Shown here piece after piece: positions 27,501 to 36,181 of a stretch of DNA of 64,000 bases. Each line of letters starts with the position of its first letter. Positions within the stretch are counted from its first letter, which is position 1. Under the pieces are notes generated by a model. It searched no databases. It worked only from the letters and a program-made list of their open reading frames with translations, and was not told where the DNA came from. The stretch lies in NCBI GenBank assembly GCA_044220955.1, contig JBGAQA010000006.1, positions 32,001 to 96,000 of the forward strand, read 5' to 3'. The position numbers and the translations under genes were made by a program. The DNA is from Sandaracinaceae bacterium. GTDB lineage: Bacteria > Myxococcota_A > Polyangia > Polyangiales > Sandaracinaceae.

Positions 27501-28756
27501 TGCTCGGCCGCCGCGGCCGTGTCGTAGAGATCGAGCGTGAAGTCCGCGTGCGGCCTGTAGTCCGAGAGCCGCAGGTTGACGCGCCCCTGCTCGTAGCGCG
27601 CCCCCATGCCGGCGCGCATGCCCTCGGCGCCGGCCGCGCGCGTGTCGATCGAGAGCAGGAACTCCCCGAGGAGCGGCGGCTCGCCGTCGCTGCGCATCGG
27701 GTAGACGTACGTGCGGCGTCCGGCGCTCCGGTCGAGCCACTCGGTGTAGGTCAGGCGCACGCGGACGGTCGCGCCGGGCATCACCGGCGAGATGCGGGCG
27801 CGCAGCCGCGAGGGGCCGTCGTAGGCGAGGCGCGACTCGGCGAGGTCGGCGCCGCTCCACGAGAGCGAGTAGCCGCTGCCGACCTGTACCGCGCCGATGG
27901 CCGACTCGGTGAATCCGCTCCCGGTGTCGACGGCGAACGAGGCGACGATGGCGCCGTCGGGGATGCGGATCGACCACTCACCCTCGAGCGTGTCGCTCCG
28001 CGCGTTGAAGAACGTCTGCACGATCTGGGTCTCCGCGAGGTCACCGCGGACCTCGACGTTCACCTCGTGGCTTCGCACCGGCAGCGCCGTGCGCGCCTCG
28101 CCGAGCTCGGTGGCCGTGCGGCCGCCGAGCGTCCCGATCGGATCGTCGATGCGCAAGCGGCCGGCGGCGGGATCCGCCAGCCCGCCGGTCCAGTCGTCCC
28201 AGAGCGCCTCGGCGACCACGCTCGCGGCGCCGGCGCCGTCCACCCGCAGGGTCTCGCCCTGCGCGACCGTTCCTTCGGTGGCCGCGTGGTACGTGAGCTC
28301 GCCGGACGCGCAGTACACGAGCGTCGCGCCGTCCTCGATCGACACGGCGAACGCGGCGCCCACGTCGGTGCCGCTCGTCGCACCGTGGGCGACCAGCGAG
28401 CCGCCCGGGATCGTGATCGTCGTCTCGTCGGCGGACGACGCGTCCACCCAGATGCGCCCCGCGGTGATCGATGCCGCCGCGAGGTCGGGGGCGAGGGTCG
28501 TGCCCTGGTCCATCAGGATCCACGCGCCCGAGTCGAGCGCGAGCGTGCCGCGGCCGTCGGCGGCCGTCTGCGCGGTGGCGCCGGTCTCGACGCGGGCCGG
28601 TCCGCGAACCGTCTCGGTGTCTCCGGCGAGCGTCAGCGTGAGCGTGCCGCGCACCACCGACGCGAGGGCGACCGTCGGCGCGGGATCGTGCGGCGCGTGG
28701 CACGCGACGAGCGCGGCGACCGAGAGCAGGGCGAGAATCGGTCGACTGCGGCTCAT
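24527..28756 (-). CDS. Giant lipoprotein: FecR-like, VIT, vWA, AgmX/TonB-C-like, TPR, YfaP-like C-terminus
   Basis: ATG 28756 overlaps the upstream stop; lipobox LVAC; VIT 'AETQIVQTFFN..LEG'; vWA 'LVLDASG..GGATDLG..YLGDA'; 'QCY..RPDLAGDLTV..SSLGDTETESCV'; 'FSQIVEQTPFD'. Confidence 0.82.
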   Translation of the reverse strand: MSRSRPILALLSVAALVACHAPHDPAPTVALASVVRGTLTLTLAGDTETVRGPARVETGATAQTAADGRGTLALDSGAWILMDQGTTLAPDLAAASITAGRIWVDASSADETTITIPGGSLVAHGATSGTDVGAAFAVSIEDGATLVYCASGELTYHAATEGTVAQGETLRVDGAGAASVVAEALWDDWTGGLADPAAGRLRIDDPIGTLGGRTATELGEARTALPVRSHEVNVEVRGDLAETQIVQTFFNARSDTLEGEWSIRIPDGAIVASFAVDTGSGFTESAIGAVQVGSGYSLSWSGADLAESRLAYDGPSRLRARISPVMPGATVRVRLTYTEWLDRSAGRRTYVYPMRSDGEPPLLGEFLLSIDTRAAGAEGMRAGMGARYEQGRVNLRLSDYRPHADFTLDLYDTAAAAEHAADAVAYPVTGGPETLADGTRPAEGSDTYVLFDVPTDALLADTATAQQPLELVLVLDASGATSTEDLELARDVVEATLRQLAPDDRVALLLADVAAHRPEGAPEGLVEPSQENREAFLQALSTVDVGGATDLGETLRQAAAIVAGHPRAALLYLGDALPTTGALDATALRTVLATIDAPPRFFGLAIGDGANLELLRTLFGTDQASMIDDRANASRAVMRLLAEAARPTLRGLTLDLGEGVERVYPSPPLEVAEGAHLRLVGRQVGDLPAQITLHATRDGAPVEQTLTVRVGAVIDGGDIRRRWASARLAELLDQDAGREALVDLGTRFSIITPWTSMLVGAGAGSTAPLVTNFDTDPLTIAWGLGGGTSEVAVTSLASDGGSGWRRRMASARPEGDIATQPESTWDTHVPTSFALDPHDRYTSSYGADGGLGTAAVRRALRQGERGPRQCYAQRTADRPDLAGDLTVAVTVGGDGIVRAASVVSSSLGDTETESCVLSEVRGIAFGATGAAQPIVVNYVYNFIVPEREFGSRRLCSPAAFRSLALRRRLWSERLAGRYDVSGVLQVYRQARARCELGNWRARRALLDLMLRHVGDLSSRINLQQAMVGEPDAASYLLGAVLASVRTPEDVAYARSGLGLDVQVDWNLFARAWVQSSNVDARIALVRRWIAVVPDDIDLRLRLLTLLETKGGDALAEARRLARALANDALADAQVRTQIGEFWLRQQDEAEARRVFSQIVEQTPFDPWARKRLGDLYRAHGWPDDAYREYQTLARLRPGEGEVLLLLSRAAADAGRVDEALRLEQRISESTDPAVEEGPATPARLWTLVRLMRLYDEASDDDARNAIRRRVREAGVLRDPPDVFVALSFGHPDDLPRFSLHYPFDGAAADDPGFEEATLGSTDAGILAFRVAEREDGAYQLDVRREDRESLRDTTCELMVVVHPGREDVRVIRQPVVLSTSALAHRYELGASDALAEIPIPPPPRAAAAR

Positions 28757-31700
28757 CGAACACCTCCATGCGCACCCGTCACGCTCGGAGGCGCGGCGGC
28801 CGGCGCATCCGCGAGCGTGCGCTCGCTGATCGTCCATCCACGGTTCGGGGCGCCCGGAGCGAACTCCAGCTCCCGGATCTCGACCTGCTCGTCGGCCCGC
28901 CCCTCGTTCCACACGACGACGAGTCTACCGCGCACGGTGCTCACGCGGTCGGCCGACGTCCGGCGCACCTCGATGCGGTAGGATCCGCTCTCCTGCTCGC
29001 TGACGTCGAACGCCTCGATGCCGAGCTCGGCGTTCAGGTCGTCGGGCCGGGAGATCGGCAGGCCCGGGTGTCCAGCCCAGAGCGCGAGGTCCGTGTCCGG
29101 GTGCTCCCAGACGAGCGAGACGCGCAGCGCCCCCGCGCCGCGGAGCACGCCGCTCCGGCGCATGCGCGCGAGCAGCGCGTTCAGCTGCTCGGCGTCCCCG
29201 CCTGCGTTCTGGCGCAGCTCGGCGAAGCGCACGCTCGACCAGAGCTGAGCGACGCGCGCGACGCCGCCGATCGATCCGGGCGGCGCCGTCTCCATCACCC
29301 GCTGCTCGAGGCGCAGCGCCTCGTCCGTGCGGTGCGCGCCTGCCGCGGCCTGCGCGAGCAGCAGCATCACGGAGGGATCGTCGGGGCGGATCGTCGCGAG
29401 CGTCTCGTATTGCCTGTACGCGTCTTCGTACCAGCCGTGGGCGCGGTAGAGATCGCCGAGGCGACGGCGCGCGAGCTCGTCGAGCGGCGCGAACTCGACG
29501 ATCTCGCTGAAGGTCCGCCGTGCGTCGTCCTCGCTCCCGAGACGGAGGTAGATCTCTCCGATCGCCGTGCGCACCCCCGCGTCCGCGAGCGGATCGACGC
29601 GCATGCGGGCGGCGAGGCGCTGGAGCTCGGCCGTTCGGTGCTGCACCTCGAGCTCCTCGAGCAGGCGCAGCCGCAGGTCGAAGCTCTCGGGCTGCTGCGC
29701 GAGCAGGCCGCGGAGCGCGCGCAGGCGGGCCGTGGGGGTCGTCGCGCGGGCGAGGACCTGATCGACGAGCACCCAGTCCACGAACGTCCCGCCGAAGGCG
29801 CCGCGCACGATCCGAAGATCGTCGGGCGTGCGGACGCGCCGGAGGATGGAGGTCCGCAGGTAGCCGCGCGCCGTGCCGTCGGAGAGGTAGCCGTAGAGCG
29901 TGATCATCTGCTGGAGCGAGCCGGCGCGCGTGATCATGGCGTCGACGAACGCGCGGCGGTCGCGCCCGGTGCGCAGCTCGCAGTCGCGCGCGGCCTGGCG
30001 ATAGACGTCGACCCAGTCACCGGCCCAGCTGCCGCGCTGGAGGCGCTCGGCCCAGAGCGCGCGGCGGTCGTCGAGCGCGAGGCCCGCGGCGTCGCTGCAG
30101 CGGGAGCGCGCATGATCGACCGAGGGCGTGGCGCTGGGCGGGGTCGTCGTCGCCGCTCGCCAGAAGTCGGGCCGCGTCGTCGCGCTCCCGGTCGGGCGGT
30201 TCGGGTCGGAGCCCGACGCGGGCCGCGCCGCCATCCGCGCGTGGCGCCGCATCGGACCGCTCCCGTAGCCCGAGCCGTCGCCGTCGCCGCTGCCGTGCCC
30301 GAGCGTGCCCAGGTTCCCGAGCCCGATCGTCCCCTCGCCCGTGCCGCCGCCCGCTCTGCCGCGGAGCTCCGATCCATCGGCGACGCCGACGCCCTGCGCC
30401 TGGGCCAGGGCGTCCTCCTCGTCCCCCGTCACCGCGCCGCCCGCGAGCACGTCGCGCAGCGACCCGGTCTGGTCCTCGGCCAGGGCGCCCGCGAGCAGAT
30501 CGTCGGTCGCTTGCTGGCTCCGTTCCGCTTCCTCGGGGGCCGGCGCGGCGGGCGGCGCCGTCACGATGGCGGGCGTCGTCGGCGACACCGCCTGCGCCTC
30601 GACGGGACTCTCGTCCGGGGCCGAGCTGACGTCCACGCTCACCGGCGTCGCCACGCCGGTGCCCCCCGTCGGCCCGGGCGCGGCAGGCTCGGCCGCGAAG
30701 CCGCATCCGGTGAGCGCGAGCGGCCCGAGCAAGAGCGTCGCGGCCGCCTGTGCGAGGGTCGAGCCCTCGGCGCTGCGTGGGCCCACGAGGTCGTCGTGCA
30801 GATGGAGGCGCGACAGAGCGCCCATCTGCGAGAGCTCGCGCGCGCTGGGCACGTAGTAGCTGGTGTAAGGCGTGATGAGCCCGTAGCGGGTGCCGAGCTC
30901 GGCGATCTCCTCGCGCGTCGCGCCTTCGCGGAGCTGCTGGCGCAGCCGCTCGTTCGCCCACCGCAGGCGCAGATCGGTGCCGGCCTCGCTCGCCTCCGTC
31001 GTCACGGGAACGCGCTCCTCGAAGTCGGTGCCGAGGAAGCTGCCGCGCACGATCACCTCCCTCGGGATCGCGTCGTGGACGCGCCCGACGACCTCGAGCA
31101 CCTCGCCACGCACGACGTCGACCGGCACGCGCGGGAACACGTTCTCGATCCCGCTGCCGAGATCCACGCTGACGCGGCCGAGCACGGGACGCGAGAGGCT
31201 CGCGAGCACGTCCATCGCCGCGGTCGCTGCGTCGTCGCGCTCCTCGACGCGCATCGCGAGGCCTCCGCCGTGCGTCAGCTCGCTCAGCAGATCCAGGTTC
31301 GCGTCCGCGCCGACCGCGATCGCGTACAGGCGGATGGGGTGGGGCTGATCGACGAGGTGGCCGAGCAGCGCTTCGCTGCCGAGCTCACCGACCGTGGGCG
31401 CGCCGTCGCCGATGTAGACGACCGCGCCGTTGCGCGCCGGATCGAGCAGCGATCCCGCCTGCGCGATCGCCTCGCCGAGGTCGGTCGCGCCTCCGGCTGG
31501 CAACCGCGCGAGCCCGTCGAGCAGGGCATCGACGCGCTCCGGCGTGACCGGGCCGAGCTCCGTGCCGCCCGCGGCGACGGCGCGGATGGCCAGGTCGCTC
31601 GACACGATGCTGACGCGATCGCCCGGGCCGAGGTGCGACGCGATCGCCTCGGCGACGCTGCGCCCGAGCTCGAGGTGCGCGCGGTCCGTCCCGGCGGAGA

Positions 31701-33129
31701 CGTCGAGGGCGATCACGAGGTCGACGCCGCGCGCCTGCTCGTCGTCGTATGCCGCGAAGAGGTGCTCGGGCAGGCGCAGCGGCAGGTACCAGTAGTCCCG
31801 CTCGTCGGCCTCGTTCACCACGATGCGCGAGCCGGGGGCGCGCGCGGGCGGCACGTGCGAAGCGCGATACGCGCGCTGCGCGTCCGCCTGTCGGGGCACG
31901 ATCTCCATCCAGAGGTCGGAGCGGGGCGCGAAGTCGCTGCGCCGCAGCTCGACGCGCGTGCCGTCGACCGTGGCACCGAGCCCGGCGCGCACCTCGGCGG
32001 CGTTCGCGCCCCCGAGGTCCGCCACGAACGCCAGCTCGCCGACGTGGGGCGCGCCAGCCCCTGCCGCCATCGGATAGCGATAGAGCAGCGGTCCGCCCTC
32101 GTAGGCGCGCGGGAGCCACTCGGCGTAGCGGATGACGATCCGCCGGATCTCCCCGGCGCCGATCGGATAGATGCGCGCGCGGTACCTGCCGGGCGCGTCC
32201 CACTCGAGGAGCGCCGGGTCGTCGGTCGAGCCGCGGTAGACCTGCGCTTCGTACGCGGCGCGCGCCTGCTGCTCCTCGCGGACGTAGCCGTCGACCAGCG
32301 TGCCGTTGCGGTCGACGGCGAAGCGCTCGAGCACGGCGCCGTCCGGCACGCTCACGCGGTAGAGCCCCTCGACGGTCTCGCTCGCCGGGTTGAAGAAGAC
32401 CTCCTGCACCTCCGTGATCGCGAGCTCGCCGACCACGCGCGCCTGCACGTCGAGGCGCCGGATCACCAGGGGCCAGCGCGCTTGGCCGACCTCGTCGGGC
32501 ACGCGCGCCTCGAGCGTGCCCACGCCGGGCGCGCTGCTCGGATCGCTCGGTCCCGTGCGCACGAGCCCGCCGGTCCAGTCGCTCCACAGCGTGGCCGCGC
32601 TGATCGTCGCACCCGTCCCGCGCAGGGTGAGCTGCTGGCCGGCATGCGCGACGCCGCGCGCATCCCCGGTCCTGTGGCTGACCTCGCCGCGCACGACGTA
32701 GACGTCGGCGCCGCCCTCGGTGATCGCGACGGAGAAGGAAGCGTCGCTCGCTCGCAGGCTCGCACCCGCGACCTCGATCGCGAGCGCGTCGCCGCTCATC
32801 ACGTCGAAGTACGCCCGGCCGGCGTCGAGCGCGGCGTGCGCGTCCTCGGGCAGGGTGAGGTGCGCGCCCTCGTCGAGCAGCAGCTGGGGGCCGCCGTCGA
32901 GCTCGACACGGGCCAGCCCCCCCTCGCCCACGGTGACGGCCCCGCCGGCCGAGACTCGCGCGGTCGTCCCCGAGGGGATGGACGCGCCGGTCGCGTCCGC
33001 GAGCGAGAACCCTCCGCGCACCGTGCGGACGGTGGCGACCGTGGCCTCGATCGTCGTGTCCTGTGCCCCGCACGCCAGGATCGAGAGAGCCAGCGTTGCC
33101 GCCCCAGCGAGCCGATTCCACCACCGCAT
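28753..33129 (-). CDS. Giant lipoprotein paralog: FecR-like, VIT, vWA, Gly-rich linker, TPR, YfaP-like C-terminus
   Basis: Lipobox ILAC; VIT 'AITEVQEVFFN..DPALLEW'; vWA 'ALDVSAG..GGATDLG..YIGDG'; 'GLITPYTS'; 'LRVSLVWEHPDTDLALW'. Confidence 0.85.
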   Translation of the reverse strand: MRWWNRLAGAATLALSILACGAQDTTIEATVATVRTVRGGFSLADATGASIPSGTTARVSAGGAVTVGEGGLARVELDGGPQLLLDEGAHLTLPEDAHAALDAGRAYFDVMSGDALAIEVAGASLRASDASFSVAITEGGADVYVVRGEVSHRTGDARGVAHAGQQLTLRGTGATISAATLWSDWTGGLVRTGPSDPSSAPGVGTLEARVPDEVGQARWPLVIRRLDVQARVVGELAITEVQEVFFNPASETVEGLYRVSVPDGAVLERFAVDRNGTLVDGYVREEQQARAAYEAQVYRGSTDDPALLEWDAPGRYRARIYPIGAGEIRRIVIRYAEWLPRAYEGGPLLYRYPMAAGAGAPHVGELAFVADLGGANAAEVRAGLGATVDGTRVELRRSDFAPRSDLWMEIVPRQADAQRAYRASHVPPARAPGSRIVVNEADERDYWYLPLRLPEHLFAAYDDEQARGVDLVIALDVSAGTDRAHLELGRSVAEAIASHLGPGDRVSIVSSDLAIRAVAAGGTELGPVTPERVDALLDGLARLPAGGATDLGEAIAQAGSLLDPARNGAVVYIGDGAPTVGELGSEALLGHLVDQPHPIRLYAIAVGADANLDLLSELTHGGGLAMRVEERDDAATAAMDVLASLSRPVLGRVSVDLGSGIENVFPRVPVDVVRGEVLEVVGRVHDAIPREVIVRGSFLGTDFEERVPVTTEASEAGTDLRLRWANERLRQQLREGATREEIAELGTRYGLITPYTSYYVPSARELSQMGALSRLHLHDDLVGPRSAEGSTLAQAAATLLLGPLALTGCGFAAEPAAPGPTGGTGVATPVSVDVSSAPDESPVEAQAVSPTTPAIVTAPPAAPAPEEAERSQQATDDLLAGALAEDQTGSLRDVLAGGAVTGDEEDALAQAQGVGVADGSELRGRAGGGTGEGTIGLGNLGTLGHGSGDGDGSGYGSGPMRRHARMAARPASGSDPNRPTGSATTRPDFWRAATTTPPSATPSVDHARSRCSDAAGLALDDRRALWAERLQRGSWAGDWVDVYRQAARDCELRTGRDRRAFVDAMITRAGSLQQMITLYGYLSDGTARGYLRTSILRRVRTPDDLRIVRGAFGGTFVDWVLVDQVLARATTPTARLRALRGLLAQQPESFDLRLRLLEELEVQHRTAELQRLAARMRVDPLADAGVRTAIGEIYLRLGSEDDARRTFSEIVEFAPLDELARRRLGDLYRAHGWYEDAYRQYETLATIRPDDPSVMLLLAQAAAGAHRTDEALRLEQRVMETAPPGSIGGVARVAQLWSSVRFAELRQNAGGDAEQLNALLARMRRSGVLRGAGALRVSLVWEHPDTDLALWAGHPGLPISRPDDLNAELGIEAFDVSEQESGSYRIEVRRTSADRVSTVRGRLVVVWNEGRADEQVEIRELEFAPGAPNRGWTISERTLADAPAAAPPSVTGAHGGVR

Positions 33130-33306
33130 CCGAGCCTCCCGACGCGTCACGCGCGTGTGGCCTCGGACCGCACGCCACCCACCCCGCTTGGGTGACCCGA
33201 AGCGAGCGGAGGTTACCAGACGCCGCTCTTCACGGACGCCCAGGAAGGACGGAAGTTCTGCGGCTCGGCCCTGGCGTGGGGTCGAGCGGCTCCGGGGAAG
33301 AACCCA

Positions 33307-34395
33307 TCAGCGCAGGAAGTAGAAGGCGATGGCGGCCAGGGCGAGAAGCCCGACGAAGCCGAGCCCGCCGAGGACCGCGAGCAGCGCGAGGGAGGGGCCG
33401 CTCCGTCCGCCGGGCGCGACCGCGGCGAGCGCGGGCGGCTCTGGTGTGCTCGCAGGAGGCGGCAGCGGGGCGGCCTGTGCGACGATCGACGGCCGGCTCG
33501 GATCGATCCACGCGGCCGGCGGCGGGATCGCCTCGAGCGCGGCGAGCATCTCGCGCGCGTCGGCGAAGCGCTGGTCGGCCTTCTTGGCGAGCGCGCGCTG
33601 CACGATGGCGCTCAGCTCGGGCCGGACGTGAAGCGCTTCGCGCTTGCTCTCCATGGCGGGCGGCGCCTGCATGAGGTGCATTCGCAACATCTCGACCTGG
33701 TTGTCGGCCTCGAAGGGCCACTCGCCCGTGACCATCTCGTAGAGCACGACGCCGGCCGAGTACACGTCGGAGCGAGCCGTCATCGGCGTGCCGGTCGCCT
33801 GCTCGGGCGACATGTACGCGGGGCTTCCGAACACCGATCCCTGCATCGTGAGCTTCTTGCCCGAGCCCCACTTCTCTTCGTCCTGGAACTTCACGAGGCC
33901 GAAGTCGAGCAGCTTGGCGCGCCAGCGCTGCCCGTCCCACTGGCAGAACACGTTCTCCGTCTTGAGGTCGCGGTGCAGCACGCCCTTCTCGTGCGCGAAC
34001 GCGAGCCCGCGCAGCACGTCCTTGGCCAGCTCGATGCCGGTGGCCGGATCGGGCGTGTGCTCGACCACCATCTCCTCGAGCGTGCGGCCCGAGAGCAGCT
34101 CCATCACGAGGTAAGGCAGGCCCTTGTCGACGCCGAAGTCCCGCACCTCGAGGACGTTCGGGTGGCGCAGCGCGAAGAGGGCGCGCGCCTCGCGCTCGAA
34201 GCGCTCGCGCAGCGCAGGATCCGAGATCGCCTCGTGCGCCATCACCTTCACGGCGCAGGGCTGCCCGCTCGCTTCGGTCGCCTTGTAGACCGCCCCCATC
34301 GCGCCGGCACCCAGCTTCTGATCCAGCCGGTACTTGCCGTCGAGGACCCGGCCGATCAGGGCGTCGGCCGGGGTCATGGTCACGCGCTCGTTCAT
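33307..34395 (-). CDS. Ser/Thr protein kinase with C-terminal TM anchor
   Basis: GAGAMGAVY, HRDLKTEN, DFG, GSPAYMSPEQ; terminal hydrophobic helix. Confidence 0.95.
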   Translation of the reverse strand: MNERVTMTPADALIGRVLDGKYRLDQKLGAGAMGAVYKATEASGQPCAVKVMAHEAISDPALRERFEREARALFALRHPNVLEVRDFGVDKGLPYLVMELLSGRTLEEMVVEHTPDPATGIELAKDVLRGLAFAHEKGVLHRDLKTENVFCQWDGQRWRAKLLDFGLVKFQDEEKWGSGKKLTMQGSVFGSPAYMSPEQATGTPMTARSDVYSAGVVLYEMVTGEWPFEADNQVEMLRMHLMQAPPAMESKREALHVRPELSAIVQRALAKKADQRFADAREMLAALEAIPPPAAWIDPSRPSIVAQAAPLPPPASTPEPPALAAVAPGGRSGPSLALLAVLGGLGFVGLLALAAIAFYFLR

Positions 34396-34429
34396 TCCCC
34401 GCGCCGCGAGCGTAGCATCGGTGCCGCGC

Positions 34430-35365
34430 TCAGGGGCTGCCCGTGTGCCCGGCCGCCGTCCACGCCTGGTTCAGGAGTGCCTGCGTGTACAGCCGCCCGA
34501 CCAGAGCGTTGCGCGTGTCCCGCGCGGCCTGGGTCCACGCCGTCGTCGCCGCGGACGCGTCCGTCTCGATCAGGCCGTGGCTGACGAGCGTCGCGTACGC
34601 GCGGTCGTCGCTGGTCCGCATGTCGCGGAGAAGGCGCGCGTGGGCCTGCGCCGACGTGGCGTCGAGCACGGTGCGCTGGGCGGCTGGCAGCGCCTCGTAT
34701 GCGCTGCGGTGCATCACGGTCGCGCCCATGAGCACGGAGCGCGAGCCGGCGATCACGTGCGTCAGGCGGGTGTGCCACTGCAGCGCGTTGATGATGGTGG
34801 CCGATCCGAGCACCACGTCGACGCTCCCGCCGGTCAGCGCCGGCAAGACGCCCGCGAGCGGCAGGGGGACCGCGTGTGCGTGGATCTGCGTCAGGAACTC
34901 CCCGAAGATCGGGTCGGCCTCGCCCCAGCCGAGCAGCGTGTAGCCGCTCGTCGAGAGCTCGGCGCGGAGCGTCGCGTCGAGCGCGGCACGCGCGCGATCC
35001 ATCTGCGTCGCGTCCTCCACGACCCCGGGTGCCTGGAGCACGAGCACCGGTCGGCAGAGCGTCGAGAGCCCGACGGACGTGACGCCTGCGGCCTCGATCT
35101 CGCGGTGCTGCAGGCGCGTCACGAACGCGCTCTCGTCGGAGCCCGACTCGACGTGCAAGAGGAGCTGGCCCCCCGTCTGCTCGCGGAGCGAGTTGCCCCA
35201 TGCCGTGAGCACCCGGTACGGCGCGCTCCCGCGGGGCGCGAGCGTGGCGATGCGGATCGTCGTCGGCGCCACGGTCGTCGAGGGTGGCTGCGCGGCGCCC
35301 GAACCGACCGCGCAGAGGACCAGCGCGAGGCCGAGCGAGGTGACGAGAGCGTGGCGGTGCTGCAT
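34430..35365 (-). CDS. dctP: TRAP substrate-binding protein, DctP/TatP type (possibly internally deleted)
   Basis: Signal peptide; 'IRIATLAPRGS'; 'VLPALTGGSVD'; 'ALQW'. Confidence 0.8.
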   Translation of the reverse strand: MQHRHALVTSLGLALVLCAVGSGAAQPPSTTVAPTTIRIATLAPRGSAPYRVLTAWGNSLREQTGGQLLLHVESGSDESAFVTRLQHREIEAAGVTSVGLSTLCRPVLVLQAPGVVEDATQMDRARAALDATLRAELSTSGYTLLGWGEADPIFGEFLTQIHAHAVPLPLAGVLPALTGGSVDVVLGSATIINALQWHTRLTHVIAGSRSVLMGATVMHRSAYEALPAAQRTVLDATSAQAHARLLRDMRTSDDRAYATLVSHGLIETDASAATTAWTQAARDTRNALVGRLYTQALLNQAWTAAGHTGSP

Positions 35366-35472
35366 GCGCGTAATCGTTCCCGAATCGCCGGTCGCGATGG
35401 CCCTTCGACGCGACGCGAGCGCCGGGGATTCAACCACAGGACGATCCGGAGGGGTAGGGTTCCCGCACGGGA

Positions 35473-36171
35473 TCAGGGCGTGGAGCGGGCGAGCTCGAGG
35501 ATCAGCTCGGGCGCGCCGGGCGGGCCGTACGCGCCCTCGAAGCGGACGACCCGGTGCGGCGCCGCCTCCTCGAACCACATGTGGTACTTCGGCAGGAGCG
35601 GCTTCGCGAGCGTCGTGAGCACCGAGCCGAGCGGCACCCAGTCGTTCAGGTCCGGGTACATCACCACGTGGTTCGTGCGGAACGTGCCGGCGGGGACGGC
35701 GATCGACACGCCCTTCTTGGTGACCTCGAAGTAGACGCGCGCGACGAACCGGTCGACGCTCCAGGAGTAGACGAAGTCGCGCGCCGCGAGCGAGTGCCCG
35801 CGAAGCACGAAGGGCAGGATCACCTCGGGGAACGTGCGCTCCGGGAGCAGGACGGCGCTCGACGCGAAGTCGACCCGCTCCTCGCGCACGACCTTCCCCG
35901 TCAGATCCTTCTGTGTGCGGTCGAGCGTGCGCATCGCGACGCCGCCGCCCTTGGTGTCGAGCATCGCGGACTCGTCGATGCGGCCTACGGCGGTCTCGTG
36001 CACCGACGCGATCTCCATCGCGTCGCCGTCCACCTTCGTCGTCACGGTCGTCCGTGCACCCTGGAACATCCGCTTGCCGTCGAGCACGGTCTTGAAGAAC
36101 GGCTTCGGGTGGGGCGTCGCGGCGTACTCGGCGACCTCGACGCCCTTCACCTTCGGTGCGCTCAGTGCCAT
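35473..36171 (-). CDS. Hypothetical beta-rich protein (DUF3108-like C-terminus)
   Basis: 'SIAVPAGTFRT..MWFEEAAPHRVVRFEG' motif; no signal peptide. Confidence 0.7.
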   Translation of the reverse strand: MALSAPKVKGVEVAEYAATPHPKPFFKTVLDGKRMFQGARTTVTTKVDGDAMEIASVHETAVGRIDESAMLDTKGGGVAMRTLDRTQKDLTGKVVREERVDFASSAVLLPERTFPEVILPFVLRGHSLAARDFVYSWSVDRFVARVYFEVTKKGVSIAVPAGTFRTNHVVMYPDLNDWVPLGSVLTTLAKPLLPKYHMWFEEAAPHRVVRFEGAYGPPGAPELILELARSTP

Positions 36172-36181
36172 CGGTCGTCCT

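Noticed and set aside
21337..33195. Very long plus-strand ORFs (1223, 1458, 1475 aa) and similar Arg/Ala/Pro-rich ORFs throughout the window
   Set aside because: Antisense or shifted shadows of real genes caused by high-GC codon bias; no motifs.
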